From Eubacterium sp. (GTDB lineage Bacteria > Bacillota > Clostridia > Lachnospirales > Lachnospiraceae): DNA of 42,263 nucleotides. The notes under the pieces are model-generated. The model had not been told where the DNA came from. It searched no databases and saw only the letters and a program-made list of their open reading frames with translations. A program made the position numbers and the translations under genes. Numbering within the stretch: the first letter of the stretch is position 1; every line of letters starts with the position of its first letter. Location: positions 1-42,263 of the forward strand of contig JALFIK010000013.1 of the NCBI GenBank assembly GCA_022776205.1, given 5' to 3'. Shown here one piece after another: positions 1-9,645 of the stretch.

Positions 1-1
1 T

Positions 2-3000
2 TATGAGAGTACCGGTTTTATTTCCGTGGCTGCCGGAGATTTTGACGGAGACGGAAAAGATTCGGTCGTTGTCTATGTACCGCAGATGGAATCAAAGGAT
101 GAGCAGCCGCAGTTATGGACCTATTCGATTAATAATATGCAGCTGTCCAGAACGGAAAATGTATGTAACCTGTTTGATGTACTTGAAACCGGAAATATTT
201 CGACAAACAACAGCAACAATTCGAAAGTTAAAAACAATACACCGGCAGTGCAGATGACCACGGAAGATACGGATAACGACAATATTGATGAGCTGATCGT
301 GACCGCCGGCATGAATAACTGTTCTGCGGATGATGTGGACAACCGGCAGTCCCGGATGTTTGTTTATGACTATGTGAATGATGGTGGCTGGAAATGGAAC
401 CAGACGTTTCAAAAGAACACACACGGATATGCCGGAGGATACAATGGGGCAAAGCGTCTTCGCTGGGCCGGCTCTTCTGTGGGAAATCTTGTAGTCTCAG
501 ATGACGGACCGGACTGCCCGGAAATCCTCACAGCGGGATGGATTGATAAAAAGGGGAATGACAGTACGGATCTGACAAGTAGAATCGGTGGATATATTAC
601 TTTCTGTAACAGTGTTTCCAAAGTGGGAGTAACGTCGGTAGGAAACTATAGCTCCAGTGAAATTTCATATGTGAGCACCAGTGAATTTACCAGCGGTGGT
701 CATTATGAGGGAGATGACAGGCAGTGTATCATGCCGGTCTGTGTATTTAATGCCGATGGCGTGAATAACAGGGCTTCTGTTCTCATTGCCGATACAGTAT
801 ATCAGTATGAGGAGGGAACCGGTCTTGTGAATGGATGGCATGCCGATTATTTTAATGACGATGATGACGGAATCGGCGATTCCATTATTTCAAACGGCCT
901 GGTGCAGGATGCAGTTGCCGCAAACTTTGACGGGAATGAAGAAGGACGGGAACAGGTTGTTTTCACGACATGTCAGAAGCGGAAAGCACTGAATCAGTAT
1001 TTTTATGATACTTATACCTATCAGAAAAAGGGAAATGACTGGAGCAAAGACGAAACGGATTATACGATGCGTAAGAAAGGGGATGCCTATATGTCCCTTT
1101 GTGCACCAGATGTGGATTCCGACAGTACGATTGCACGGATCAAAAGTGTATCTTTAAGTTATACAGAGCCGGAAGTTCTTGCTCTTTTAGAAGCGACGCC
1201 GTATTTCTCCGAAATTGACGGAGGAGACATTGGAAACAGTGAGACGGCTTACGGAAAAACTCAGGGAAGCGGAAGCTCTACTGCCAAGGCGAAAGGTTTG
1301 ACCACAAATATTGTGGCAGGATTTGAATGGTCAGTGGATGACCTTTGCGCCGGATTTGTCTGCGGAGCCGGTTTTGAAACTTCTGTGGAGCAGGGATATA
1401 CCTGGGAGACAGCCCAGAGTACCACAGAAGAATATACCTTAAATTATTCCAATGATACCGGGGAAAATGCGGTGGTTGTATATCGCCGTCCGGTAAAGAG
1501 CTATTGTTATGAAATAAAAAATACCGGAGCAACCATGGTTTTAGCAAGGCAGGGCACGCTTCTTACCAGTATGGTTACTCTCGATGAGTACAACGAAGTG
1601 GCCGAAAGCTGTCATATGGAACCGATTTCCGAGGAAACTCTCGCAGAGCCGGGTAATCCGTTTTCCTACCACCACAATACAGCCGGCCTTGAAAATCTGA
1701 AAACCAGCACCACAATGACACAGTATGCAAAAGGTGGAACGGTTTCTCAGGAATTTTCTGATATCACAGAAACAGAAAAAACATTTACTTATGACCTGAA
1801 TGCATCCTTTACTGCCTACGGCATGGTATTTGGTGTGAAAGCCGGAGGCGGGGCGGGAACTACCTATACAGAGTCCCAGTCAACAATCGATACCACCTCG
1901 ATCACGAAAAGTGGAGCGGTCACGGGAAAACAGGTGGACGGTTATGATTTTAACTGGAAATTTGCCCACTGGACAACGAAGGTAAATGACACGGCAGTGC
2001 CGGTTCTCGGATACATTCTTACGGATGTGGTAGCACCGCCATCTCCGCCGCTTAACCTGGATGCAAAAGATATTACGGAAACAGAGGCAACTCTTACCTG
2101 GGAAGCCGGGCAGAGAAGCGCGGAAGAATACCGGATTTATCAGGTATATTCTGACGGAAGTAATATCCAGATCGGAACGGTGGATGGAACAGAAACCGAA
2201 TACCATCTTACCGGTTTAAAACCGGATACGACTTATAAATATGTAATCACTGCCTATAATGCACCGGGAACTGCGATTAGTGGAGAATCGGTTTTCAGTG
2301 AGGAAGTGATTGTAACCACACTTCCGGAAGGAATGGGCACGGTTTCCATTATTTCTCCGGAGAATTTCAGTGCGAAAATCGGAGGAACTGCCACTTTTAA
2401 AGCGGATTTTTCCAGCACAGCCGCAGATTACAAGGCGACAAATTATAAATGGCAAAAGAGAATGCGGGGCGGTGAGTGGAGTTACATAGACGGTGCCACA
2501 AAGAGTACGCTCACTTTGACGGATGTGCAGGCATCCGATCATAATAGAGAATATCGTTGTGTATTTCGCGTAAGTTACACCAGTGCCAGTTCCTTAATTA
2601 ACTATTACAGTGAAAGTGCAATCCTCACAGTTGGTCAGACGGATGTCACACCGGAACTTACCGTGAATGGATATCAGAAGGGAGAAGGCTCTCTGGAAAC
2701 TCCGTATGAAGGAAAATCCGATTATGCCCGTAAGACCGGGGTGAACAAAGAAGCGGTGGAGACGACCAACAACGTTATTATAGAAGCCTCCGGAACGATC
2801 CCGCAGCTGACAGTTTATAAGGATGAAGCAAGTAATTACTATGGAATCGGGCAGAAGGCGGACCAAACGGCCTGCTATTATCTGGTGACAAAATCCGGAG
2901 AAACCTATACAGCAGGAAAGGAGATTGTCCGGGTTGTCACTCGTTCTTATAAAGATGTGAACGGGGGGCTGGTTTCGGAAGGAGTTCCTGCTTTTCACAG

Positions 3001-6000
3001 TGAAGATATGATTGTGAAAAAGGAAGGGGATTCTTACTATCATCTTCAGGCCGTGGTGGATGGCACGCCAAGAGAAGGAATAAATACGGGAGAATCGGGA
3101 CCTGTTTCCCATGACAGTCGTCTTGGTTCTGTATCGGAGGTTACATATTACTGGAAGAATGGAAAATCCTATTATCAATATGGTGAAAACGGTTCCATTG
3201 GGGATAAGGTGGAACTTTCTGAAAAGATCGTCTCCCAATTATATGATGTCTATTATAACGAAGCCGGTAAAGTGGTAATCGGCAGGGAAGAAACCTGGAC
3301 GGTGGAGACAACGGAAAATGAGACGACAAGTTATGAGGATGTCTCGGCTTACTGGTTTGCTCTCATTTCCTCCGAAACAAAAACGGAAGGCGAGACAACG
3401 ACAACAGTGCAGACGGTGACTCCGATACAGGAAGAAACTTCGGAAAGTTATAAAGCCGGAGACCAAGAGCGACCTAACTTTAATCCTTCGGTTCTTGAGC
3501 GGGTTACCCGGAAGGAAACAGAATTCGTAGAGACTCCGGTTTATACTACGATGAAAGGTACAGAACTTACTCTGACGGCATCGGTAATAGAGACCGCAGA
3601 AGAAAAACCGGCAGAGAACGCTGCCGTGGAATTCAAAATAGTCAATACAGAAACAAATGCCGTGGAAACGATTTCGAAAACCGTAGGTGCCGATGGAAAA
3701 GTTACCGCGATATGGAGTGCACCGGCAAAAGGGCTTTACAGCATTCAGCTCAATGTTCTCTCCAGGGCCGGATACGGAATGAAGTCTTCTGAAATCCGGT
3801 ACTATCATGCGAATGAAACTTATGAAGCAAATACAACAGAATATCGTCTGCAGCTAATGCAGGGAAAAGAGCAGCTCACCGGTACCATGGTTTACGGCGG
3901 TACGGTAAATCTGAGACTCCAGGAAAGAACGGTTCCAATAACAGGAAATCCGTCAGGATGGAAAGAATGCGAAGATACAATTATTTATACGGTAAATACA
4001 GAAGTGCAGAATCTGTCTAATCCTTCTTACACACCGGGCAGTGTGGGAGATTATCTTTTCCATGCATATAAAGACAGTGTGAAGGCACAAAATGAAGTGG
4101 CATCAGTAGCACTTCAGGTAACGAAGAAGGCAGTGACGATCCAGCCTGTGATTAAAGAGGGAATCGAGAATCCGACCGGTGCAGGGCAGATTGAAATTCA
4201 GGCAGATCCGGAAATTTCCGGGGTGGATCTGAATGAGATTTTCGATATCAATTGCGGATATTTCGATAACAGGAATCAGTCCGGCAAATTTGATATTACC
4301 TTGTCTTTTAAAACAACAGAAGATGGCACGCTCACACAAGCGGCAGAAAAATTTAGGAATAATTATGCCGTGACATTAAAGAACGAAAGCTTTACTGTAA
4401 AACCGGACAGCGCACAGGTTCAGTTTACCTGCAAAGAAAACGGTGCCATCGTTGGACGTTATGGGGATAACTGGTATCCGATGGCTTCCGGAAGCAGTAA
4501 AATTGTGGGAACAAGACTTCGCTTTATTGCGACACCGGACAGTGGATATGGAATTGCCTCCTGGACGATCAACGGAAAAGAATATGCGAAAGATGCTACC
4601 CATCTTCCGGATGGGATGAAATTATCTGACGAAGGAAAGATTCTTTCTGTGGAATCTTTTGATCCGAAAAATCAGGTGAATGCTGATAAGATTCTTTCCG
4701 TGGAAGTAAAATTCCGAAGCATTGCTCATGAAATTTCCTACAGTGTTTCTGACGGAGAGGGAACGCTCCGTGCACAAAACGGAGAAGGAAGAACCATTAA
4801 CAGCGGAACGAAAGTGACGGAAGGAAGTAAAGTGGTACTTACCGCTGTTGCGACGGAAGGTTATGTGGTATCCGGATGGAAGGTTAACGATAAAACCTGT
4901 AAATGGGATGGAACGCAGGAAGATTACCGGGGAACAACATTTACGCTTCCTTCTGTTTCGGAAGACAAGAACATCACGGTAAGCTTTAAGAAAACCAATG
5001 CGTCCTATCGAATTACGACCAGTGTTGCCGATGAGGACGAAAAGACGGATCAGACTCTTGCTAAAGTAACGGCAGAAGATGGGGAAACCGGAAAAGAAGT
5101 AGATCTTACCGGGGTAACAGAAGGAACAACGGTTAAATTCACGGCGACGGTGGCAGATCCGGGTAATCAGATGGTGAAATTATGGCAGACAAGCACAGAC
5201 GGAGTTATCTGGCAGACGGTAAAAGGTTCCGGCGGAAATAAAACAATAATGCTTTATAACGTTGACAGAAATCTTTATGTACGTCCGGTGATTACAACGG
5301 CACAAAGCTTTGGACTTTCCTTCCATGTAACAATGGATGGCAAGCCGGTAACGGATGAAAAAATTGCTTTCCTTACTGCTAATAGTAACGGGCAGACACT
5401 TACCTCGGGAAATAAAGTGTCCGCTTACATTCCGGTAGATTTCAGCCTTACTCTGAATCCGGATTATTATGTGACAGGCTGGAGCAGTAATGTGACAGTA
5501 AACGAGGACGAAAATACGAAAGCTTCTCTTGCTTTTCTGGAAAAAGATACGACAGTAGAAGTTGTCATTAAAGAAAAACCGGTTGTTTCCATTGATGGGG
5601 TATCCAATGGAACGTTGTGTGTAAGCTACATGGAAAATGGCAAAGAAGTGATTGTAAAAGACAAAGACCATATCAGTGTGGGAACAGACCTTACCGCCCT
5701 TATGACACCAGACCGGGGATATGTGGTTTCGGATCCGGCAGAGGCAGTTTATGTCGATGGAACCGGTGATACGACCGATGCCAAATCCTGGACGATTTCG
5801 GATGTAAAAGAAGATATTAAGATTCATGGAAGCTTTGCACCGTTAAACCTTTATAGGGTGACTTTTGACACGGTGATTGTGGAAGGAGATAAAGCAAACG
5901 GAACAATCAGTGCGTCCTCAGGAAGACGGAACATTTCCTCTTATAAAGAAACGGAGTACCACAGTGGAAATTCGGTTTATGAAGGAGGATATGTGAAGTT

Positions 6001-8422
6001 TACGGCTGAACCGGATGAAGGATATATGGTACAGGAATGGCGTGTGGATGGGGAAATCTGCAGGAAAGACGGCATAAAAGTCACAGAAAATACCCTGACT
6101 CTCTCCGACATTGCGGACAGTCATACTGTGACTGTACAATTTAAGAAACGCGGGGCAGAAACGACCATTGAGGCGGGAGAACATGGAAAAATCCTTCAGG
6201 CAGTTGCCGGAGGCGTAGACCAGATTGAAAACATTTCTTCCGGATTTATTCTGGCACCGGGTGCCGAAGTAGAAATTACCGCGCAGGCGGAAGAAGGATA
6301 CAAAGTCGATTACTGGACGGTCAATAATGAAAAAGTACAGGAAGGAAACGAGAAGTTTATTTACACTGCCGATGAAAAAGGTACGGGTGTTGTGATTGGA
6401 GTCCATTTTGTATCCGAATATCATACACTGACCTTTACACAGCCGCAAAACGGTACGTTGACGGCGGTGGTCAATCGTGTGGCTGTGGAAAGTGGACAGG
6501 ATGTAAAAGAGGGAACCAAAGTGACCTTTACCGTTAAACCGAATGCGGGCTACATCGTGAGCAGCTGGATGGTCGATGGAAAAGAGGTATCCCAAAAAGA
6601 TACAACCTATGAGCTTACGGTAGAGAAAGCGGCAGAGATTTCTGTAAAACTCATTCCGGGTACCTACGAAGTAACATACAAGACCGAAGGCGATGGCAAA
6701 CTGTTTGTTGCCGGTGCAGCGGAAAGTATTACAGAAGGTGCGGAAACAGTGAAGTATGGAGAGAGTATCGTCTTTCAGGCAGTTCCGCAAGACTACTGGC
6801 ATGTCAGCGAATGGAAAGTGGACAAAGAGAAAGTAACAGATGGAATCAGTGAGGACGGAGCAACCTTTACTCTTTCTGATGTGAAGGCTGACCATAGTGT
6901 GGAAGTAATCTTTAAGAAAGCCACTCTTTATGAAGTATCGTATCAGACGGAGGGAAAGGCACAAGGAAGCTTAAAGGTGACGGCAGATGGCACCGCATTA
7001 AATCTTTCCGAAGGACAGACGACATCGGTAGAAGGGGGAAGCCGCCTTGTATTTACGGCGATTCCGGATTATGCAGATGACAGTATGCCGGCAGCAAGAG
7101 CTGCATCCATGCGGACTATGGTAAAAGAATGGAAAGTAAACGGAGAGACGGTAGAAGGCAATGTATCAAATCAGCTTGTGATAGACAGTCTTGGAAAGAA
7201 AATTCATGTGACCGTCGAATTCGAGCAGTATGAGGGTTATCCGATACCGGAAAGCGGGGATGGCTATGTGATTTCTGAAGTCGAAAGAACCCCGGATGAC
7301 ACGGATCCGGAAACAGAGATCCGTAAAAACGGAGATCTTCAGTTTAAGGTGTCCGTGGATTCGGAGAACGGATATGTTCGATTTGACCGGCTAAAGATCA
7401 ACGGCTACGACTGCCTGAAAGATACACTCGAAGACAACAGAGAAACTCCGGATGACTGCGCGTCCATTCAGACCGGGAAAAATGAAGACGGAAGCTATAC
7501 GGTATTGATGAAAAATATTACCGGAGAAATTCAGACAGACATTGTGGCCCACAAACATTCCCTTAAAAAAGTGGAAGAAAAGAAGGCAACCTGCACCCAG
7601 CCGGGAACAAAAGAACACTGGATTTGTGAAGACGAAAACTGTGGAGAACTTTTCTTTGATGAAGAAGGAAAGAAAGCGGCAGTACCGAAAGATCTTGTGA
7701 TTCCGGCAATCGGACATAACTATGAGAATGGAATCTGTAAAAACTGTGGCCAGAAAGATCCGACCTATCTTGTTCTCAGTGCACCGGTACTTAAGGCGGC
7801 AGCCAGTGGAAGTACAGCAATTAAGCTGTCCTGGGCACCGGTAAAAGATGCTTCCGGTTATGTGGTATACCGCTACAATACCGGCACGAAACAGTATAAT
7901 GTTATCGCCAGGACGGCAGGAACGGCTCTTAATGATACGAAACGGACGCCGGGTACAGTGTATGCTTATCTTGTAAGAGCTTATGGAGTCCGTGGAGGAA
8001 AGACAACTTACAGTCCGGTATCAAATGGAGCAAAAACGATCACGAAACCGAAGACGCCGAAGATTACTTCTCTTAAGAAGACCGGTGCAAAAAGTGCAAC
8101 CATTCAGTTAAAGACAGAGAAAAATGTCAAAGGATATTATCTCTATGAGTACATGTGGCAGACGAAGAAGTATGAGCTTGTCGGAAAGATTGAAGGAAAG
8201 AAATACTATAAATATAGTAAAAAGAAGAAAAAATTTGTGCGTGACAGAAAATCAAAAGTGAAACAAAGCACAAAGAAAAAAACAATCTCCGTACAAATCA
8301 AGACGCATCATGTGAATTTCAGCAAATACAGAAAGTATCGCTTTAAGGTGAAAGCTTATGTGAAATTTAACGGAAAAGATGTCTGCAGCGGATATTCAAA
8401 GAAAAAAATAATGAAAAGATAA
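2..8422 (+). CDS. Giant cell-surface protein, 5'-truncated by the window edge: FG-GAP/VCBS-like repeats, Ser/Thr-rich beta region, FN3, Ig-like, multiple InlB B-repeat-like (Flg_new-type) modules, Cys/His motif, FN3 and Lys-rich C-terminus
   Basis: Frame is open from base 2 (YESTGFISVAAGDFDGDGKD...), so the GTG at 26 is not the true start. Ca-binding-like loops GDFDGDGKD, EDTDNDNIDE and ANFDGNEEG. FN3 signature (PPSPPLNL...LTW...Y...LTGLKPDTTYKYVITAYN). Repeated 'V.FTA.PD.GY.V..W.V(N/D)G' modules. Confidence 0.85.
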   Translation, partial: YESTGFISVAAGDFDGDGKDSVVVYVPQMESKDEQPQLWTYSINNMQLSRTENVCNLFDVLETGNISTNNSNNSKVKNNTPAVQMTTEDTDNDNIDELIVTAGMNNCSADDVDNRQSRMFVYDYVNDGGWKWNQTFQKNTHGYAGGYNGAKRLRWAGSSVGNLVVSDDGPDCPEILTAGWIDKKGNDSTDLTSRIGGYITFCNSVSKVGVTSVGNYSSSEISYVSTSEFTSGGHYEGDDRQCIMPVCVFNADGVNNRASVLIADTVYQYEEGTGLVNGWHADYFNDDDDGIGDSIISNGLVQDAVAANFDGNEEGREQVVFTTCQKRKALNQYFYDTYTYQKKGNDWSKDETDYTMRKKGDAYMSLCAPDVDSDSTIARIKSVSLSYTEPEVLALLEATPYFSEIDGGDIGNSETAYGKTQGSGSSTAKAKGLTTNIVAGFEWSVDDLCAGFVCGAGFETSVEQGYTWETAQSTTEEYTLNYSNDTGENAVVVYRRPVKSYCYEIKNTGATMVLARQGTLLTSMVTLDEYNEVAESCHMEPISEETLAEPGNPFSYHHNTAGLENLKTSTTMTQYAKGGTVSQEFSDITETEKTFTYDLNASFTAYGMVFGVKAGGGAGTTYTESQSTIDTTSITKSGAVTGKQVDGYDFNWKFAHWTTKVNDTAVPVLGYILTDVVAPPSPPLNLDAKDITETEATLTWEAGQRSAEEYRIYQVYSDGSNIQIGTVDGTETEYHLTGLKPDTTYKYVITAYNAPGTAISGESVFSEEVIVTTLPEGMGTVSIISPENFSAKIGGTATFKADFSSTAADYKATNYKWQKRMRGGEWSYIDGATKSTLTLTDVQASDHNREYRCVFRVSYTSASSLINYYSESAILTVGQTDVTPELTVNGYQKGEGSLETPYEGKSDYARKTGVNKEAVETTNNVIIEASGTIPQLTVYKDEASNYYGIGQKADQTACYYLVTKSGETYTAGKEIVRVVTRSYKDVNGGLVSEGVPAFHSEDMIVKKEGDSYYHLQAVVDGTPREGINTGESGPVSHDSRLGSVSEVTYYWKNGKSYYQYGENGSIGDKVELSEKIVSQLYDVYYNEAGKVVIGREETWTVETTENETTSYEDVSAYWFALISSETKTEGETTTTVQTVTPIQEETSESYKAGDQERPNFNPSVLERVTRKETEFVETPVYTTMKGTELTLTASVIETAEEKPAENAAVEFKIVNTETNAVETISKTVGADGKVTAIWSAPAKGLYSIQLNVLSRAGYGMKSSEIRYYHANETYEANTTEYRLQLMQGKEQLTGTMVYGGTVNLRLQERTVPITGNPSGWKECEDTIIYTVNTEVQNLSNPSYTPGSVGDYLFHAYKDSVKAQNEVASVALQVTKKAVTIQPVIKEGIENPTGAGQIEIQADPEISGVDLNEIFDINCGYFDNRNQSGKFDITLSFKTTEDGTLTQAAEKFRNNYAVTLKNESFTVKPDSAQVQFTCKENGAIVGRYGDNWYPMASGSSKIVGTRLRFIATPDSGYGIASWTINGKEYAKDATHLPDGMKLSDEGKILSVESFDPKNQVNADKILSVEVKFRSIAHEISYSVSDGEGTLRAQNGEGRTINSGTKVTEGSKVVLTAVATEGYVVSGWKVNDKTCKWDGTQEDYRGTTFTLPSVSEDKNITVSFKKTNASYRITTSVADEDEKTDQTLAKVTAEDGETGKEVDLTGVTEGTTVKFTATVADPGNQMVKLWQTSTDGVIWQTVKGSGGNKTIMLYNVDRNLYVRPVITTAQSFGLSFHVTMDGKPVTDEKIAFLTANSNGQTLTSGNKVSAYIPVDFSLTLNPDYYVTGWSSNVTVNEDENTKASLAFLEKDTTVEVVIKEKPVVSIDGVSNGTLCVSYMENGKEVIVKDKDHISVGTDLTALMTPDRGYVVSDPAEAVYVDGTGDTTDAKSWTISDVKEDIKIHGSFAPLNLYRVTFDTVIVEGDKANGTISASSGRRNISSYKETEYHSGNSVYEGGYVKFTAEPDEGYMVQEWRVDGEICRKDGIKVTENTLTLSDIADSHTVTVQFKKRGAETTIEAGEHGKILQAVAGGVDQIENISSGFILAPGAEVEITAQAEEGYKVDYWTVNNEKVQEGNEKFIYTADEKGTGVVIGVHFVSEYHTLTFTQPQNGTLTAVVNRVAVESGQDVKEGTKVTFTVKPNAGYIVSSWMVDGKEVSQKDTTYELTVEKAAEISVKLIPGTYEVTYKTEGDGKLFVAGAAESITEGAETVKYGESIVFQAVPQDYWHVSEWKVDKEKVTDGISEDGATFTLSDVKADHSVEVIFKKATLYEVSYQTEGKAQGSLKVTADGTALNLSEGQTTSVEGGSRLVFTAIPDYADDSMPAARAASMRTMVKEWKVNGETVEGNVSNQLVIDSLGKKIHVTVEFEQYEGYPIPESGDGYVISEVERTPDDTDPETEIRKNGDLQFKVSVDSENGYVRFDRLKINGYDCLKDTLEDNRETPDDCASIQTGKNEDGSYTVLMKNITGEIQTDIVAHKHSLKKVEEKKATCTQPGTKEHWICEDENCGELFFDEEGKKAAVPKDLVIPAIGHNYENGICKNCGQKDPTYLVLSAPVLKAAASGSTAIKLSWAPVKDASGYVVYRYNTGTKQYNVIARTAGTALNDTKRTPGTVYAYLVRAYGVRGGKTTYSPVSNGAKTITKPKTPKITSLKKTGAKSATIQLKTEKNVKGYYLYEYMWQTKKYELVGKIEGKKYYKYSKKKKKFVRDRKSKVKQSTKKKTISVQIKTHHVNFSKYRKYRFKVKAYVKFNGKDVCSGYSKKKIMKR

Positions 8423-8440
8423 CTCTTTGATCTGACAAAA

Positions 8441-8486
8441 AAATCCCCCGAAAGGACAGCAATGCCTCCTTCCTTCCGGGGGATTT
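8441..8486 (+). terminator. Hairpin after the surface-protein gene, probable intrinsic terminator
   Basis: AAATCCCCCGAAAGGA (8441-8456) pairs with TCCTTCCGGGGGATTT (8471-8486) at 15/16 positions; the U-tract is short. Confidence 0.6.
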
Positions 8487-8489
8487 GCC

Positions 8490-8518
8490 TTGACTGTCCG
8501 GGAAAATCATTTTATTAT
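8490..8518 (+). promoter_or_regulatory. Putative sigma-A promoter for the CpXC gene
   Basis: TTGACT-17 nt-TATTAT. Confidence 0.55.
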
Positions 8519-8557
8519 ATAAAATAATGCTATTTCTGTTTTGGAGGGAAGAGAATC

Positions 8558-9205
8558 ATGAATCAGAATAAAGTGACCGAATATACGATGGAAGAACTGG
8601 AATGTCCGAAGTGCGGACAGAAACATTCTCTTCGGAAATATAAGACGATTAATGTGACGGAGAAAGAGGAGATGAAGGAGGAGATCATGAAGAACCGTCT
8701 GTTCCGGTTTGCATGTGATGGATGTGGTTATGTGGCTCCTCTTACTTATGACAGTCTCTATGTGGATCATGAGAAAAATATGATGGTATACATGGCACCG
8801 GTCATGAACAAGGAAAACCGCCGGGAGGTGGAAGAACTGGAGAAAGAGACGGGAATGCGTAAACGTCTGGTAGATAATATTAATGATCTGAAGGAGAAGA
8901 TCATGATTGCGGATAATGGACTGGATGACCGTATTATTGAAATTATCAAAATCATGTACATTAATCAGATTAAAAAGGAGATGGAAGACGATACTCTCCT
9001 TAATATTCTCTTTGATTACAGTAAAGACAGTTATTGTTTCCTTGTTTTTTTTCAGAAAAAAGGAATCGGAAAGATTCCGATGACAAAGGAGTTTTACAGG
9101 GGCATGGAGGAAAAATACAGAGATGCCGTGGAGAAACATTCGGAAGATAAATTTATGAAAGTAGATCTGGAATGGGCAGGTGAAGTTGTGTTTAAAAAAA
9201 GATAA
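8558..9205 (+). CDS. CpXC domain-containing protein (putative Zn-binding)
   Basis: N-terminal CPKCG and a second CDGCG, followed by YDSLYVDH; GGAGG RBS upstream. Confidence 0.75.
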   Translation: MNQNKVTEYTMEELECPKCGQKHSLRKYKTINVTEKEEMKEEIMKNRLFRFACDGCGYVAPLTYDSLYVDHEKNMMVYMAPVMNKENRREVEELEKETGMRKRLVDNINDLKEKIMIADNGLDDRIIEIIKIMYINQIKKEMEDDTLLNILFDYSKDSYCFLVFFQKKGIGKIPMTKEFYRGMEEKYRDAVEKHSEDKFMKVDLEWAGEVVFKKR

Positions 9206-9213
9206 AATAGTTC

Positions 9214-9242
9214 TTGCACTTCATATACAGCTATGTTATAAT
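9214..9242 (+). promoter_or_regulatory. Sigma-A promoter of the rpmE operon (extended -10)
   Basis: TTGCAC-17 nt-TATAAT with TG-n directly before the -10. Confidence 0.7.
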
Positions 9243-9321
9243 GAGAAAGCTGTTTGAAACGATTATAATTGATGTACGACATCAATGATAGATGAATCAT
9301 ATATTGGAAGAGGTGAATAAG

Positions 9322-9528
9322 ATGCGTGAGGGAATCCATCCAAAGTATTATCAGGCAAAGGTCGTATGTAACTGTGGTAATGAGTTCGTTACCGGTTCTA
9401 CGAAAGAAGATATCCATGTAGAAATTTGTTCTAAATGTCATTCATTCTACACAGGACAGCAGAAAGCTGCAAAGGCTCGTGGACGTATTGACAAGTTCAA
9501 TCGTAAATATGGCATGACTCAGAATTAA
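9322..9528 (+). CDS. rpmE: 50S ribosomal protein L31 (Zn-binding type)
   Basis: MREGIHPKY...CNCG...[13 protein letters not shown]...[11 protein letters not shown]; GAGGTG RBS before the ATG at 9322. Confidence 0.97.
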   Translation: MREGIHPKYYQAKVVCNCGNEFVTGSTKEDIHVEICSKCHSFYTGQQKAAKARGRIDKFNRKYGMTQN

Positions 9529-9544
9529 TAACCGGAAGGTTTTC

Positions 9545-9606
9545 AATTAGGCGGCGGTGCAATGTATCACAGAGAATGTTGAGACGTTGTGCCGTCGCCT
9601 AATTTT
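9545..9606 (+). terminator. Long hairpin after rpmE (partial terminator or stabiliser)
   Basis: 21-bp stem AATTAGGCGGCGGTGCAATGT / ACGTTGTGCCGTCGCCTAATT with four G-U pairs, followed by T residues. Confidence 0.6.
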
Positions 9607-9645
9607 GGTTATTCTCTGATTGAATGACTGAAAGGAGGCAGAATT

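Noticed and set aside
113-7717. Numerous 60-350 aa minus-strand ORFs inside the giant surface-protein gene, and similar shadow ORFs opposite other genes
   Set aside because: They are antisense to well-supported genes, have no recognisable motifs, and show the composition expected of reverse-complemented coding sequence.
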